Assembly: GCA_964433905.1 (NCBI GenBank)
Contig: CAYSSM010000001.1
Coordinates: 60,246 to 124,245 of the forward strand
Length of the DNA stretch: 64,000 nucleotides
Source of the DNA: an uncultured Candidatus Saccharibacteria bacterium
GTDB lineage: Bacteria > Patescibacteriota > UBA1384 > UBA12157 > JAENIV01
Direction: 5' to 3'
The position numbers and the translations under genes are program-made. Positions 36,319-49,500 of the stretch are shown here, one piece after another (positions within the stretch are counted from its first letter, which is position 1; the number at the start of each line of letters is the position of its first letter). Below the pieces are notes generated by a model. That model did no database searches and had not been told where the DNA came from. It saw nothing but the letters and a program-made list of their open reading frames with translations.

Positions 36319-36639
36319 TTAAGTTTTTATTTCGATATCGACACCAGCCGGTAGATCCAAACTCATAAGCGAATCGATTGTTTTAGCCGAAGGATCAAAA
36401 ACATCAATTAATCTCTTGTGGATTCTCATTTCAAACTGTTCCCGGCTATCCTTATGAACAAAAGGGGATTTTAAAACCGTCACCTTGTTTTGTTCTGTCG
36501 GTAAAGGAATCGGACCGGTAACCACCGCTCCTGTTCGTTCGGCCGTTTCAATGATTTTTCGCGCCGATTTATCAATAATACGGTGGTCGTAGGCCTTCAG
36601 ACGGATTCTAATCTTTTGTTGATGTTCGCTTTTTGCCAT
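36319..36639 (-). CDS. rpsJ: Ribosomal protein S10.
   Basis: ..[14 protein letters not shown].. Confidence 0.9.
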   Translation of the reverse strand: MAKSEHQQKIRIRLKAYDHRIIDKSARKIIETAERTGAVVTGPIPLPTEQNKVTVLKSPFVHKDSREQFEMRIHKRLIDVFDPSAKTIDSLMSLDLPAGVDIEIKT

Positions 36640-36652
36640 TTTTAATAAAAAT

Positions 36653-37837
36653 TTATTTAACTATTTTGGTAACAACACCCGCCCCGACAGTTTTGCCGCC
36701 CTCGCGGATAGCAAATCGCATCCCCTCTTCCATTGCCACCGGTTGAAGCAATTTAACTTTGAATTTAATCGTATCGCCAGGCATAACCATTTCGGTATCG
36801 GCTGGCAGTTCGACTTCACCAGTAACATCGGTAGTTCTAACATAAAATTGCGGTTTGTAACCTTTAAAGAACGGAGTATGCCGACCGCCTTCCTCCTTGG
36901 TTAAAATATATACTTCAGCATCAAATTCGGTGTGAGGAGTAATCGAACCAGGCTTTGCCAAAACTTGACCGCGCTCGATATCTTCACGTTCTACTCCGCG
37001 AAGCAAGGCCCCAATGTTATCGCCGGCGATACCTTCATCAAGCTGTTTCTTGAACATTTCCACACCGGTTACAATAACTTTCTTGGTTGGCTTTAAACCG
37101 ACGATTTCAATTTCTTCATTGACTTTAACCTTGCCACGTTCGATTCTGCCGGTAGCGACAGTGCCTCGGCCCTTAATCGAAAAAACATCTTCAACTGCCA
37201 TTAAAAACGGCTTTTCAATATCTCGTTTTGGTTCGGGAATATAGCTATCAAGAGCATTGATTAATTCATCAATTGATTTAACAGCATCGGCATCGCCTTC
37301 AAGAGCTTTTAAGGCTGAACCTTTAATAATGGGAATTTCATCACCGGGATATTCGTATTTTTTCAAGAGATCGCGAACTTCCATTTCCACCAAATCAAGC
37401 AGTTCATTATCGGTAACCTGATCTATTTTGTTAAGAAAAACGACAATATTTGGCACCCCGACTTGATAAGCCAACAGAATATGTTCTCTGGTTTGAGGCA
37501 TAGGACCGTCGGCAGCAGAAACAACTAAAATAGCACCGTCCATCTGAGCGGCACCGGTAATCATGTTTTTGACATAGTCGGCATGACCCGGACAGTCAAC
37601 ATGAGCATAATGACGCTTTTCGCTTTCATATTCAACATGACAAGTAGCAATGGTAATACCACGCTCTTTTTCTTCTGGTGCATTATCAATTTGATCAACT
37701 GTTCGCGGTTGTGCCAAGCCTTTTTTAGCTTGAACCTGCAAAATCGCTGCTGTCAAAGTAGTTTTGCCGTGGTCAACATGACCAATAGTTCCCACATTTA
37801 CATGGGGTTTCTTTCTTTCAAATTTTTCTGCTGCCAT
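36653..37837 (-). CDS. tuf: Elongation factor Tu.
   Basis: [14 protein letters not shown], 394 aa. Confidence 0.95.
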   Translation of the reverse strand: MAAEKFERKKPHVNVGTIGHVDHGKTTLTAAILQVQAKKGLAQPRTVDQIDNAPEEKERGITIATCHVEYESEKRHYAHVDCPGHADYVKNMITGAAQMDGAILVVSAADGPMPQTREHILLAYQVGVPNIVVFLNKIDQVTDNELLDLVEMEVRDLLKKYEYPGDEIPIIKGSALKALEGDADAVKSIDELINALDSYIPEPKRDIEKPFLMAVEDVFSIKGRGTVATGRIERGKVKVNEEIEIVGLKPTKKVIVTGVEMFKKQLDEGIAGDNIGALLRGVEREDIERGQVLAKPGSITPHTEFDAEVYILTKEEGGRHTPFFKGYKPQFYVRTTDVTGEVELPADTEMVMPGDTIKFKVKLLQPVAMEEGMRFAIREGGKTVGAGVVTKIVK

Positions 37838-37976
37838 TTAAGACTCCTTACACAAATTAATATTACTCTTATATTTTACCTTATTTTAATTTAACTGTCA
37901 ACATTTAGAGCTAAAAAATTCCCCTCGAAACTAAATATATCAAATTATTTTTCTTCTGTCAACCTTCAGCAACCAG

Positions 37977-38933
37977 TCAGGATTTTTTACTCAGTTCTAA
38001 ATATGTCAAAGTCAGCGCGCTTGAATAAAAGGCGTTGTAGGCACCGGCAAACACCATAAAGCCGATTAATACTGCCAAACCGGCAATAATTGCATAAATA
38101 ATCGCCATAATTTTCGAGGCTAAAAGTAAACCAAACCCAATGGCTAATAAAAGTCCGCCAATAAATAATACAGCTAAAATAACGGCGATCCCCACTCCAA
38201 TACTAATGGCGTAAAGAAGTAAATACATCACAATTACTTTGCCTAAATTATCGCGAACCATATGGAGAGAATGGCGGATGCTTTCCCAAACACTTAATTT
38301 TTCCAATACCACCACTCTTAACGAATATGGTGAGATAAATGATACCAGTAACCAAAAAATCAAATCAACAAAAAAGAGCAATATTCCCCAGATAATAGCC
38401 AAAATATACTGATGAGAGACAACCAATAAAGCCACCGGGCCGATAAGTAATATCAGCGATGCCAGAATCATCAAAAAATAAAGAATGTTTACTCCCAAAA
38501 TGCGCCAGAAATTATGCCAACCAAGCAAAAAACCGATTTTGAAATTATTTTTCTCGTTTATGGATATTTTTTTAACCGAACCGATCAAGGCGCCTTGGCT
38601 AACAATACCAATGATATACATCACCAATCCAAATACCGTCAAAATGGCAATCAAGGTTAATATTATCGCTCCGTAACTCAGCCAAAAAGAAGCAAAATCA
38701 AAATTGGTAGAATTATTTTCAAAAGCTTTTTGCCATTCAGAGCTACCACTAGAGTAATTTAAACCAAAACTGCGGTAACCGCCATAACCGCCAGCTAGCA
38801 TTCCAAAAATCCACAAATACTTTTGTTTTAAAGCAATTTTGTAAGAATTTCTTACTATTTCAAAATAATCCATCAATCCTCCTTTGAGTGATACTTTTAT
38901 TGAATTATAACATAATTGCTTGACAAGAGGCAA
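37977..38933 (-). CDS. Hypothetical polytopic membrane protein inserted between fusA and tuf.
   Basis: About 7 predicted TM helices. The start is uncertain; MDYFEIV at aa 21 is an alternative. Confidence 0.5.
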   Translation of the reverse strand: MPLVKQLCYNSIKVSLKGGLMDYFEIVRNSYKIALKQKYLWIFGMLAGGYGGYRSFGLNYSSGSSEWQKAFENNSTNFDFASFWLSYGAIILTLIAILTVFGLVMYIIGIVSQGALIGSVKKISINEKNNFKIGFLLGWHNFWRILGVNILYFLMILASLILLIGPVALLVVSHQYILAIIWGILLFFVDLIFWLLVSFISPYSLRVVVLEKLSVWESIRHSLHMVRDNLGKVIVMYLLLYAISIGVGIAVILAVLFIGGLLLAIGFGLLLASKIMAIIYAIIAGLAVLIGFMVFAGAYNAFYSSALTLTYLELSKKS

Positions 38934-39249
38934 TTAATCTGTTACAATTGCTTGTTTTGTAAATTTATAGGTTTTTTTTGATGGATATAATTTTACTTTT
39001 AATTTTAATTTTCTATGTCAGCGTATTAGTGAGCTTCGTCATTTCAATCGCAGCTTTTTCGCTTTCTACAAAAATAAAAGCCAATTTTTGGATTTTAGGT
39101 CTAATTTTGGGTATTTTTATCTTAAATTGGATAAAATTGGCTTTGTAATATAGTTAGAAACTTGAAACATCATTTCTATATAAAAATCTATTGACTTTTT
39201 AACTATTATAAGATTGCTTTGCTCGCACTCGCAATGACATTTATCATTT

Positions 39250-39300
39250 TTTCTATCCTTTAGACACATCGTTATATCCACATCGTAAGTGTATTAGTAG
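39250..39300. repeat. Solo REP-like palindromic element, copy 3.
   Basis: AGACACATCGTTATATCCACATCGTAAGTGTATTAGTAGATGTGCTC shares CACATCG(N7)CACATCG(C/T)AAGTG and the CACATC/GATGTG inverted repeat with 5705-5747. Confidence 0.55.
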
Positions 39301-39357
39301 ATGTGCTCTTTCCTTATTTAGATGCTATTTTATGTTCTCGACTATGCTCGAACTAAA

Positions 39358-41454
39358 TTATTTCTTCTTTCCCTCGATAATCTGTTGGGCGATGTGGCGA
39401 GGAACTTCGGCGTAATGGTCGAATTCCATCGTATATGAAGCCCGTCCTTGAGTCATGGAACGAACCGAGGTTGCATAGCCGAACATTTCCGAAAGAGGCA
39501 CCATCGCATCAATGACTTTTTGTTTAGCCCGATCAGACATTTTTTCAATATGACATCTTTTTGAGTTAAGATCTCCTAAAACATCACCCATAAACTCTTC
39601 AGGAGTGACAACTTCCACTTTCATAATCGGCTCAAGTAAAATCGGATCGGCTTTTTTCACTCCGGCTTGCAAAGCCATTGAACCGGCAATTTGAAAAGAT
39701 AGCTCCGATGAATCAACATCATGAAACGAGCCATCGTAAAGCATAACCGACATATCAACCAACGGATAGCCGGCAATTACTCCTTTAGTCATGGCTTCTT
39801 TAACGCCTTTTTCAACCGCAGGAATAAATTCCTTGGGAATTGTGCCACCGACAACTTTATCGATAAATTCAAAGCCTTCTCCATGTTCTTTTGGAGCCAG
39901 TTCCAGCCAAACATGGCCGTATTGACCGCGTCCACCGGTTTGGCGAATATACTTTCCTTCTTGACGGGCGGTGGCTTTAATCGTTTCTTTGTAGGCAACT
40001 TGGGGAGCGCCGACATTGGCTTCAACATTAAACTCCCGTTTCATTCTATCGACAATAATTTCCAGATGAAGTTCGCCCATTCCTTTAATAATTGTTTGGC
40101 CAGTCTCAATGTCGCCTTTAACTTGAAAAGTAGGATCTTCTTGAGTTAAGCGATTTAGGGCAATGCCCATTTTTTCTTGATCGGCTTTGGTTTTTGGCTC
40201 AATGGCCACCGAAATAACCGGTTCAGGAAAAGTAATTGATTCTAAAATAATTGGCGATTTATCGTCGCAGAGAGTGTCGCCGGTAGTCGTTTCTTTAAGT
40301 CCAACAGCAGCGGCAATTTCTCCGGCATAAACTTCCTGAACTTCTTCGCGGGCGGCAGCGTGCATTCGCACAATTCGGCCAATGCGTTCTTTTCTATCTT
40401 TGGTGGTATTTAGAACATACGAACCGGCTTTAAGAGTGCCTGAATAAACCCTAAAGAAGGTCAAAGTTCCAACAAAGGGATCCGAGGCAACCTTAAAAGC
40501 TAGGGCTGAAAAGGGCGCTTCATCGGATGTTTCGCGAGCAACTTCTTCTTCAGTTCTTGGTTTGAGACCTATAATCGGAGGAACATCTAACGGCGAAGGC
40601 AAATAATCGATGACTGCATCCAACATTGGCTGGACTCCTTTGTTTTTCAAAGCCGAGCCGCAGAACACCGGAATAAGTTTATTGCTTATGGTCGCCACCC
40701 GTAAAACCTTCTTTAATTCTTCGTAGGTTGGCTTTTTTCCATCAAGATATTTATTTAAAAGAGTGTCATCTTGCTCGGCAATTTTTTCAATTAAAATTTG
40801 GCGGTATTTATTAACCCGTTCATGCAATTCAGCTGGAATTTCTTTTTCTATTATTTCCTGACCTTTATCGCCTTCAAAATAAACCGCTTTCATTTTCAAA
40901 AGATCGATAATGGCCGTAAATTTATCTTCAGTGCCATCGGGAATCTGCATGGCGACCGCGTTGTCAGTCAAGCGTTCTTTGATTGAACTAAAAGAATGAT
41001 CAAAATCCGCCCCCATGCGATCAAGCTTGTTAATAAAGCAAATTCTGGGAACTTCATACTTATCGGCTTGATGCCATACAGTTTCCGACTGCGGTTCAAC
41101 GCCGGCGACACCGTCGAAAACAACTACCGCGCCGTCAAGAACCCTCAGAGACCTCTGAACTTCGGCCGTGAAATCAATATGACCAGGGGTATCGATAATA
41201 TTGAAGCGATATTTTTCATTGGGTTTGTCTGTGGTTGCCCAAAAACAAGTGGTGGCAGCTGAGGTGATAGTGATTCCGCGTTCCTGCTCCTGTTCCATCC
41301 AGTCCATCACCGCCTCGCCTTCATGAACCTCACCGATTTTATAAGTTTTACCCGTGTAATATAAAATACGCTCTGAGACAGTAGTCTTACCCGCGTCAAT
41401 ATGGGCAATAATGCCGATGTTACGATTATTTTCTAAAGAATATTCCCGCGCCAT
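39358..41454 (-). CDS. fusA: Elongation factor G.
   Basis: AHIDAGKTT, 698 aa, five-domain EF-G. Confidence 0.95.
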   Translation of the reverse strand: MAREYSLENNRNIGIIAHIDAGKTTVSERILYYTGKTYKIGEVHEGEAVMDWMEQEQERGITITSAATTCFWATTDKPNEKYRFNIIDTPGHIDFTAEVQRSLRVLDGAVVVFDGVAGVEPQSETVWHQADKYEVPRICFINKLDRMGADFDHSFSSIKERLTDNAVAMQIPDGTEDKFTAIIDLLKMKAVYFEGDKGQEIIEKEIPAELHERVNKYRQILIEKIAEQDDTLLNKYLDGKKPTYEELKKVLRVATISNKLIPVFCGSALKNKGVQPMLDAVIDYLPSPLDVPPIIGLKPRTEEEVARETSDEAPFSALAFKVASDPFVGTLTFFRVYSGTLKAGSYVLNTTKDRKERIGRIVRMHAAAREEVQEVYAGEIAAAVGLKETTTGDTLCDDKSPIILESITFPEPVISVAIEPKTKADQEKMGIALNRLTQEDPTFQVKGDIETGQTIIKGMGELHLEIIVDRMKREFNVEANVGAPQVAYKETIKATARQEGKYIRQTGGRGQYGHVWLELAPKEHGEGFEFIDKVVGGTIPKEFIPAVEKGVKEAMTKGVIAGYPLVDMSVMLYDGSFHDVDSSELSFQIAGSMALQAGVKKADPILLEPIMKVEVVTPEEFMGDVLGDLNSKRCHIEKMSDRAKQKVIDAMVPLSEMFGYATSVRSMTQGRASYTMEFDHYAEVPRHIAQQIIEGKKK

Positions 41455-41535
41455 TAAGTCCTTTCAAAATTTTCTTAAATTAAAATATATCTACTCTTTA
41501 TTATTGTATACTATTTTTTACCCTGAATCAAGACC

Positions 41536-41563
41536 AAAAAAGACGCCCCGAGGCGTCTTTTTT
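41536..41563. terminator. Bidirectional rho-independent terminator (A-run, AGACGCC-CCGA-GGCGTCT, T-run) between the PLDc_N gene and fusA.
   Basis: AAAAAAGACGCCCCGAGGCGTCTTTTTT. Confidence 0.65.
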
Positions 41564-41581
41564 GTTTAAGTTTAAACTTAA

Positions 41582-41863
41582 CTACTTATCCGGAATTGTG
41601 CCTTTTTTGCGGCCGATTATCAAGTAAAGAATCGGACCAATCCAGCTAATCAAGATGATTAAAACAATCCACAGGATTTTATCGTTCTGGTTTGGAAATT
41701 GACGACGGATAACGTCAATCAATGCCCACAAGAATAGTGCCAAGCCACCAAAGGCGAAAATAACCCAGAAAATAACCCATACTGCTGCCAATCCAACCGC
41801 GGCTGTTCCAACTGAAGCGGCAGCTGCGGCGGCAGCAGGATCGTATGTTACAGAATAATCCAT
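41582..41863 (-). CDS. Small membrane protein with a PLD-nuclease N-terminal (PLDc_N-like) domain.
   Basis: LWALIDV..W..LIILISWIGPILYLIIG pattern, two TM helices and an Ala-rich N-terminus. Confidence 0.5.
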   Translation of the reverse strand: MDYSVTYDPAAAAAAASVGTAAVGLAAVWVIFWVIFAFGGLALFLWALIDVIRRQFPNQNDKILWIVLIILISWIGPILYLIIGRKKGTIPDK

Positions 41864-41925
41864 TATACCTCCTTTTTGGAGCGACCTTTATTTAAATATG
41901 CCACTGATAGATTCTTTTGTCAAAT

Positions 41926-42396
41926 TTAGAAGCGGGCGTAGTGCGCAAAGGCCTTGTTGGCTTCGGCCATTTTATGCATATTTTCTTTTTGCTTGACTGC
42001 CGTTCCGGTATTTTCAAACGCCGCCAAAATTTCTGCGCTAAGCAATTTGTCAAACGATTGTCCACGCGACTTGCGCGCAATAGCGATCAACCACCTCATA
42101 GCTAAGGATTCCGCCCGATCTGGATTTAATTCGGTTGGCACTTGATAAGTGGCGCCACCGATTCGACGTGGTTTAACTTCCAAAAGAGGTGAAGTGTTTT
42201 TTAAAGCTTTATCAAAAACTTCCAATGGTTCTTTGTTTGTTTTTTCTTTAAGAATATCAAAAGCGCCATAAACTAATTTTCTGGCAGTTTCTTTTTGTCC
42301 TCGCAGCATAATTTTATTGATAAACTTTTCCACCGTAACCGATTGATATTTAGGATCGGGATTCAATTTTCTTTTTGGGGCTTTCTTAGCTCTCAT
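41926..42396 (-). CDS. rpsG: Ribosomal protein S7.
   Basis: S7 family; position after rpsL. Confidence 0.9.
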   Translation of the reverse strand: MRAKKAPKRKLNPDPKYQSVTVEKFINKIMLRGQKETARKLVYGAFDILKEKTNKEPLEVFDKALKNTSPLLEVKPRRIGGATYQVPTELNPDRAESLAMRWLIAIARKSRGQSFDKLLSAEILAAFENTGTAVKQKENMHKMAEANKAFAHYARF

Positions 42397-42823
42397 TATT
42401 GCCTTTCTTTACAGATACTTTTGATCCATATTTTGAACGGCCTTGCATCCGATTTTCAACACCAGCGGTATCAAACTTGCCACGAACGATGTGATATCTA
42501 ACGCCCGGCAAATCTTTAACACGCCCGCCGCGAATTAAAACTACCGAATGCTCTTGTAAGTTATGGCCTTCACCGGGAATATAAGCAGTCACTTCCTGAC
42601 CAGAAGTAAGCCGGACCCTGGCGATTTTACGCAGTGCCGAGTTTGGTTTTTTTGGAGTAACAGTTGTTACTTTAACACAAACCCCACGCAAAAAAGGCCG
42701 GCCTTTGACAAAATTTACCGGACGGTTTTTTAAAAAATTAAAACCGCGACGTAAAGCAGGGGTTTTAGTTTTGCTTACTTTAGACTTGCGGCCGTATTTT
42801 AATAATTGTGATATGGTTGGCAT
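42386..42823 (-). CDS. rpsL: Ribosomal protein S12.
   Basis: [14 protein letters not shown].. ; ..[10 protein letters not shown].. Confidence 0.9.
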   Translation of the reverse strand: MPTISQLLKYGRKSKVSKTKTPALRRGFNFLKNRPVNFVKGRPFLRGVCVKVTTVTPKKPNSALRKIARVRLTSGQEVTAYIPGEGHNLQEHSVVLIRGGRVKDLPGVRYHIVRGKFDTAGVENRMQGRSKYGSKVSVKKGNNES

Positions 42824-42824
42824 A

Positions 42825-45800
42825 TTATTTTTTTCCTAATGCAGTTCCCGCCGGAATTAACTTACCAATGATAACATTTTCTTTCAACCCTTGCAATCGA
42901 TCTACCGCGCCTCGCGTAGCGGCATCAATTAGAATCGAGGTTGTTTCTTGAAAAGATGCGGCCGATAGAAAACTTTCAGTTTTTAGAGCCACTCTGGTGA
43001 TACCGCTGACTTGTTCTTCGCAGGTAGCCGGTTTTTTGTTACTTGCTTTAAGATTATTGTTTACTTTTTGAATCTCTAATTTGTCAATAATCTGACCTGA
43101 TAGAAAATCAGAATCGCCCGATTCTTTAATTTTTACTTTTGAAAACATTTGTCGAACAATTGTCTCAATATGTTTATCGTTAATTGTTTGACCTTGAGAA
43201 GCATAGATTTCCTGAATGCTGCGAATAATATATTTTTGAATCGGCACTTTGCCACGAAGTTTTAAGGCAAGAGCCAGATCAAGATGGCCTTCAGTTAAGT
43301 CTTGGCCTTTAGAAACTTCGTCGCCGTCACTTACTTTAACATTAGCACGGCCACTGACAGCATATGTAATAGTGACTTTCTGAGTTGATGTAACTGCTAT
43401 TTTTTTATCTGAAATCGAAATTTTACCAGCAATTCCGGCTCGAATGGCTTTCTTGTCCACCGCCATCGCTAAAGCTTGGCCGCTTTTAACAATATCGCCA
43501 CTTTTAACATTGACTTTGTAATCGCTATAAACATCGTATTCTTCTTTGAGATAGTCGGCAGATGACAAAACAATATTTTGACGATCTTTCTCGGCAACAA
43601 TTCTAACTTTTCCGTCAATTTCGGCTAAAATAGCCGGCGACCGTGGAATCCGAGCTTCAAAGAGTTCTTCAACACGAGGTAAGCCGGAAGTAATATCTTC
43701 ACCGGTAATACCGCCCATATGAAAAGTTTTCATTGTTAACTGGGTGCCAGGTTCGCCAATGGCTTGAGCCGCCATAATGCCAGAGACGGTGCCAAATTCT
43801 ACCATTCTACCAATAGCTAAGTCTCTACCGTAACAAAGCTGGCAAACACCACGTTCGGCTTTACAATTTAGAACAGACCTGACAATAACTTCGTTAATTC
43901 CGCTATCGCCGATTTGCGTAGCTTTTTCTTCATTTATTTCTTCATTCTTTTTTACAATAACTTTATTTTTGTCTTTGATATCCTTGAAGGCTACCCGTCC
44001 AACTAATCGTTCATCGAATTTTTCACCGATTTCTTCAGATTCTTGCCGTTCGAGCGCAAAACCTTCATCAGTGCCACAATCTTTGGTCGTAATAATAACA
44101 TCATGAGAGACATCGACAAGACGTCTGGTTAGGTAACCAGCTTCGGAAGTGCGCAAAGAAGTGTCTGATTTACCTTTTCTGGCACCGTGAGTTGAAATAA
44201 AGTATTCGATAACTGACAAGCCTTCTTTGTAGTTTGATCTAATCGGCAGTTCAATAATTTCACCCGCCGGGTTAACCACTAAGCCTTTCATGCCACCCAT
44301 CTGAGTAATCTGAGCGACCGATCCTCTGGCGCCAGAAACAATCATGACATAAACGGGATTGTTTTTATCGAATTCTTTTAGCATTTCCCCCTCAAGAATT
44401 GATCGGGCGCCATTCCAAAGTTCGATCGTTTTAATATTTCTTTCCGAATCGGTAATTAAGCCCCGTTGATATTGATTATCGATTTCTTCTAATTTTTTAT
44501 CACTGTCTTGAAGAATTTTTTCTTTATTAGAAGGAATAGAAATGTCATTAGCCGAAATTGTCATACCCGACAGGCCAGCATGCTCAAAACCGATTTTCTT
44601 GATTTTGTCGACAATGTCAGCCGTAATTTGCATGCCGTATTCTTTAAACATATTAGTAATTAGTTTTTTGAGTGATTTTGAATCCATATCATGATTTTGA
44701 AAAGGAATTTCGTCAGGTAAAATATTGTTGAATAAAATTCTTCCCACAGTCGTTTCGATTATTTTTATTTCCGCTTCTTGAGATTTATCAAGATGCATTC
44801 TAACCTTGATCTTGGCACGAGGGTGGACAAAACCTTGATGATAGGCCAAAATAGCTTCGTTTTTAGAGCCAAAGATTTTATCTTCCCCCGAAACATTCGG
44901 TTGGATGGTTGTCAGATAATAACAGCCAAAAACAATATCCAGCCTCGGTGAAATAACTGGTTCGCCTGAAGCAGGTTTAAGAATATTGTTTGACGATCTC
45001 ATTAAATTGGTTGTTTCATCTTTTGCTTGTGAAGAAAGAGGAACATGAACGGCCATTTGGTCACCGTCGAAATCAGCATTAAAAGCATGGCAAACCAACG
45101 GATGAATTTGGATTGCTTTTCCTTCGATTAAAACCGGTTGGAATCCTTGAATACCCAAGCGATGCAAAGTCGGCGCGCGGTTAAGTAAAACATAATAATT
45201 GCTGGTAATTTTTTCTAAGATGTCCCAAACCACCGGGTCGCCGGATTCAATTAAACGAGTAGCGTTTTTAACATTGTGGACATGGCCATCAGCGATTAAT
45301 CTTGAAATGACAAACGGCTTAAATAATTCCAAAGCCATAACCTTGGGAATACCGCATTGATGAAGCTTGAGTTCAGGACCAATAACAATCACCGATCGAC
45401 CAGAGTAATCAACGCGTTTTCCTAAAAGATTTTGGCGAAAACGGCCTTGCTTGCCTCGCAACATATCGGAAAGTGAACGCAATTTTCTAGCGGTGGCGCC
45501 GGTTGAAACGGCTCTGCCGCGACGAGCGGAATTATCGATTAAGGAATCAACCGCTTCCTGCAACATCCTTTTTTCATTGCGGCAAATAACTTCGGGCGCG
45601 CCTTGAGAAATTAATCTCTTTAAACGATTATTTCGATTAATAACTCTTCGGTACAAATCATTCAAATCAGAAGCGGCAAATCTGCCTCCGTCAAGCTGAA
45701 CCATCGGCCGCAAATCCGGAGGAATAACCGGCAAACGGTTTAAAATTAACCATTCCGGTTTAATCCCGGCATCTTTCATATTGGTAACCAACCTTAGTCT

Positions 45801-46592
45801 TCTTAAAACACGGCGGCGATTAACCCCAATAGTTGTCTTTAATTCCAAGTTTAATTCTTCGTATAATTGATTTAAATCGGTATTTTTTAGAATTTCCGAA
45901 ATTGCTTCAGCGCCAATGCCAACTTTAATAATTTGGCCATATCTTAATGATAAATCTTGATATTTGCTTTCGGTCAAAATCATTTTTCGATTAAGAGAAA
46001 GAATTTCTTGCTTGGTAGCGCGGTAAGCAATTTCAACTTTAGCCATTTCCATGTTGTTGTCAGCCAGTTTATTCTTGGCTTCCGCAAACTCTTTTTCCAA
46101 TTGCTCTAAGGCGCTTTTTCGAATATTTTCATCAACATCCAAAATCATAAATCCGGCAAAATAGATCACCCTTTCCAGATCGTTGGTAGAAATATCTAAA
46201 ACCAAGCCTAAAACCGACGGTACGCCATGAACATACCAGATATGAGTTACTGGCACAGCCAAATCAATATGCCCCATTCTTTCACGTCTAACAGACGAAC
46301 GAGTAACTTCGACACCGCATTTATCGCAAATTACGCCTTTATAACGAATTTTTTTATATTTTCCGCAGTAACATTCAAAATCTTTAACCGGTCCAAAAAT
46401 TCTCTCGTCAAAAAGACCATCGCGTTCCGGTTTTTGAGTACGATAATTAATAGTCTCCGGTTTTAAAACTTCGCCAAAAGACCAAGCTAAAATTTCGTCG
46501 GGTGATGCAACAGAAATTTTTAGAGCATCAAAATCGTTGATTCTTGGTTGATCTTTATGATTAGCTTGTTGTTTAAATTGAGCTCTAGCCAT
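42825..46592 (-). CDS. rpoC: DNA-directed RNA polymerase beta' subunit.
   Basis: Zn-binding [23 protein letters not shown] and [12 protein letters not shown] (the catalytic DFDGD). Confidence 0.95.
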   Translation of the reverse strand: MARAQFKQQANHKDQPRINDFDALKISVASPDEILAWSFGEVLKPETINYRTQKPERDGLFDERIFGPVKDFECYCGKYKKIRYKGVICDKCGVEVTRSSVRRERMGHIDLAVPVTHIWYVHGVPSVLGLVLDISTNDLERVIYFAGFMILDVDENIRKSALEQLEKEFAEAKNKLADNNMEMAKVEIAYRATKQEILSLNRKMILTESKYQDLSLRYGQIIKVGIGAEAISEILKNTDLNQLYEELNLELKTTIGVNRRRVLRRLRLVTNMKDAGIKPEWLILNRLPVIPPDLRPMVQLDGGRFAASDLNDLYRRVINRNNRLKRLISQGAPEVICRNEKRMLQEAVDSLIDNSARRGRAVSTGATARKLRSLSDMLRGKQGRFRQNLLGKRVDYSGRSVIVIGPELKLHQCGIPKVMALELFKPFVISRLIADGHVHNVKNATRLIESGDPVVWDILEKITSNYYVLLNRAPTLHRLGIQGFQPVLIEGKAIQIHPLVCHAFNADFDGDQMAVHVPLSSQAKDETTNLMRSSNNILKPASGEPVISPRLDIVFGCYYLTTIQPNVSGEDKIFGSKNEAILAYHQGFVHPRAKIKVRMHLDKSQEAEIKIIETTVGRILFNNILPDEIPFQNHDMDSKSLKKLITNMFKEYGMQITADIVDKIKKIGFEHAGLSGMTISANDISIPSNKEKILQDSDKKLEEIDNQYQRGLITDSERNIKTIELWNGARSILEGEMLKEFDKNNPVYVMIVSGARGSVAQITQMGGMKGLVVNPAGEIIELPIRSNYKEGLSVIEYFISTHGARKGKSDTSLRTSEAGYLTRRLVDVSHDVIITTKDCGTDEGFALERQESEEIGEKFDERLVGRVAFKDIKDKNKVIVKKNEEINEEKATQIGDSGINEVIVRSVLNCKAERGVCQLCYGRDLAIGRMVEFGTVSGIMAAQAIGEPGTQLTMKTFHMGGITGEDITSGLPRVEELFEARIPRSPAILAEIDGKVRIVAEKDRQNIVLSSADYLKEEYDVYSDYKVNVKSGDIVKSGQALAMAVDKKAIRAGIAGKISISDKKIAVTSTQKVTITYAVSGRANVKVSDGDEVSKGQDLTEGHLDLALALKLRGKVPIQKYIIRSIQEIYASQGQTINDKHIETIVRQMFSKVKIKESGDSDFLSGQIIDKLEIQKVNNNLKASNKKPATCEEQVSGITRVALKTESFLSAASFQETTSILIDAATRGAVDRLQGLKENVIIGKLIPAGTALGKK

Positions 46593-49500
46593 TATTCTTC
46601 TCCTTCATCTATCGGTTTTTCTTTCATTTCTGGTTCGGGAACATCAAGTTCGGTTACTTCGACATCTTCGTCCGCCGCCACAGATCCAACCATAGCCTTG
46701 TCTTTAACAACCGGCGAAGCAACTTTTTTTCTTGAAAGCTCGGCTGAAGTTAACATTTCGACATTTAACCCCAATGATTGAAGTTCTTTAACTAAAACAT
46801 AAAAACTGGCAGGAATTTGTGGTTTTTGAATCGGCTCGCCCTTAATAATTGATTCATATGCTTTTGAACGGCCGATAACATCATCGGACTTAATCGTCAA
46901 AATTTCCTGCAAAGAATGGGCGGCACCATAGGCTTCCAAAGCCCAAACTTCCATTTCGCCGAATCGCTGGCCGCCAAATTGAGCTTTACCGCCTAAAGGT
47001 TGTTGGGTAACCATTGAATAAGGCCCGGTTGAACGGGCGTGCATTTTATCATCAACCATATGGCAAAGTTTCATCATATAGATAATGCCAACGGTTGTTT
47101 TTTGATCAAAAGGATTGCCGGTACGGCCATCGTAAAGCTGAACCTTACCGTCCGCAGGAAGACCGGCTTTTACTAATTCTGCTTGAATAGTTGGATATTC
47201 AACGCCTTCGAAAACGGGAACTGCCACTTTGTAATTTAATCTTTGAGCTGCCCACCCAAGATGGGTTTCTAAAATCTGTCCTAAGTTCATACGGGAAATT
47301 ACACCCAAAGGATTTAAAACAATATCCAGCGGCGTGCCGTCGGCCAAGAAAGGCATTTCTTCTTCCGGCAAAACCACCGAAATGACACCTTTATTACCGT
47401 GACGGCCGGCTAATTTATCGCCAATTTGAATTTTTCGAAGTTGTGCCACCGCTACCTCTACCATTTGGTAGACGCCGGCGGGCAATTCGTCGCCGCTTTC
47501 TTTGGAAAAGATTTTAATATCAACAACTCTCCCATATTCACCATGAGGCAAACGTAATGATGTGTCTTTAACATCTTTGGCTTTTTCACCAAAAATAGCT
47601 CTTAATAGTTTTTCTTCAGCTGACAGTTCAGTTTCACCTTTAGGAGAAATTTTACCGACTAAAATATCGCCGGCCGAAATTTCGGCGCCGATTCGAACGA
47701 TACCTTGTTCGTCAAGATTAGCCAATGCTTCTTCACCGACATTTGGAATATCGCGAGTTAGAAGTTCCGGTCCCAATTTTGTATCCCGGACTTCAAGAGA
47801 GTATTTTTCAATATGAACTGAAGTATAAACATCATTGCGGACTAATTTTTGAGAAATAATAATTGCATCTTCAAAATTTGCGCCCCTAAATGACATAAAG
47901 CCGACTAAAACATTTTTGCCCAATGCCAATTCGCCTTGCTCGGTTGCCGATGAATCAGCGATAATCTGGCCATTTTTGACTTTATCACCGACTGAAACAG
48001 CCGGAGCTTGATTAAGACAGGTCCCTTGATTAGAACGTAAAAACTTTTTTAAACGGTAACTTTCTTTTTGGCCGTTTTTTTGTTGAATGCTAATTTCCGC
48101 CGCCGAGACATCGGTTACCGTACCGTCTATCTTACTATATAGACACTGACCGGAATCTTTTGCCGCCGCCTCTTCCATACCGGTTCCGATAACAGGCGCT
48201 TGAGGTCTGACCAAAGGCACCGCTTGTCTTTCCATATTTGAACCCATTGAGGCGCGAGTGGCATCATCATGTTCGACAAAAGGAATTAAAGCCGTTGACA
48301 GGGATACCGTTTGTTTAGGCGAAACATCAACATATTGAATCTTGTTGGTTCTTTCAATTTGCGGCAGGCCAAGCCGACGAACAATGGTTCGCGATTCCAA
48401 AAAGTAGCCGTCTTTATCAAATTTTGACGACGCCGGCGCAATAATCGATTTTTCTTCCGCGTCAGCGTCTAAATAGATTAATTTATTAGTAACTCTTGGT
48501 TTTTTATTTTTACCCTCTTCGACAACTAAATATGGAGTTTCCAAAAAGCCGTATTCATTAATTTTGGCATATGAGGCCATATAGCCAACCAAACCAATAT
48601 TCGGACCTTCGGGAGTCTCGATTGGACAAATACGGCCGTAGTGTGAGGAATGAACATCACGAACTTCAAAACCGGCTCGTTCGCGCGAAAGACCGCCCGG
48701 TCCGGTAGCCGACAAACATCTCTTATGCTCTAATTCAGCTAAAGGATTTGTCTGATTCATAAACTGGGACATCTGCGAAGAAGCGTAGAATTCCTGCAAA
48801 ACCGCGGCAATCGGCCGGGCGTTAATTAATTGATTGGCGGTAACAGTATCAGGATCGAGCACCGACATACGGTCTTTAATAATTCGTTCCATACGCAAAA
48901 AGCCAACTCTTACTTTTCCTTGGACAAGCTCGCCTACTGCTCGTACACGGCGGTTTTTTAGATGATCAACATCATCAGGCTCAGCAGTTGGATCATTATT
49001 CAAACGAATAATCTCGCGAATCACTTCAACAACATCTTCGATTCTTAAAATTCTATTTTTAAGCTCATTTTCAACATTTAGCCCTAACCGGCGGTTTACT
49101 TTATAGCGACCGACTTTACCTAAATCATAACGCTTTGGGTTAAAAAACATCGCTTCTAAAAATGTTTTAGCGGTATCGGCCGTCGCCAAATCACCCGGCC
49201 TGATTCTTTTATAAACTTCGACTAATGCTTCTTCGTATGTTTTAGCGGTATCGCGACCTAAAGTCGCTTTGATATAATCGTGATCAGCATTATCATTAAC
49301 GCCCTCAAAAGCTTTAATGATTTGGTCGGTATTTAAACCTAAAGAACGCAAAAAGGTTGAAATAAGAATTTTTCTTTTTCTGTCAACTTTGACATAGATT
49401 ACATCTCGCTGGGAAGTTTCAAATTCAAGCCAAGCGCCGCGCGAAGGAATGATTTTTGCTCCAAAAAAATGTTTGTCACCTATTTCATTAGCGACAAAGA

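Noticed and set aside
39721-40149. 142-aa plus-strand ORF inside fusA. ORFs 57351-57725 and 57900-58379(+) inside infB, 37583-37894(+) across the tuf start, and 46227-46781(+) inside rpoC are shadows of the same kind.
   Set aside because: These are antisense shadow ORFs within highly conserved genes.
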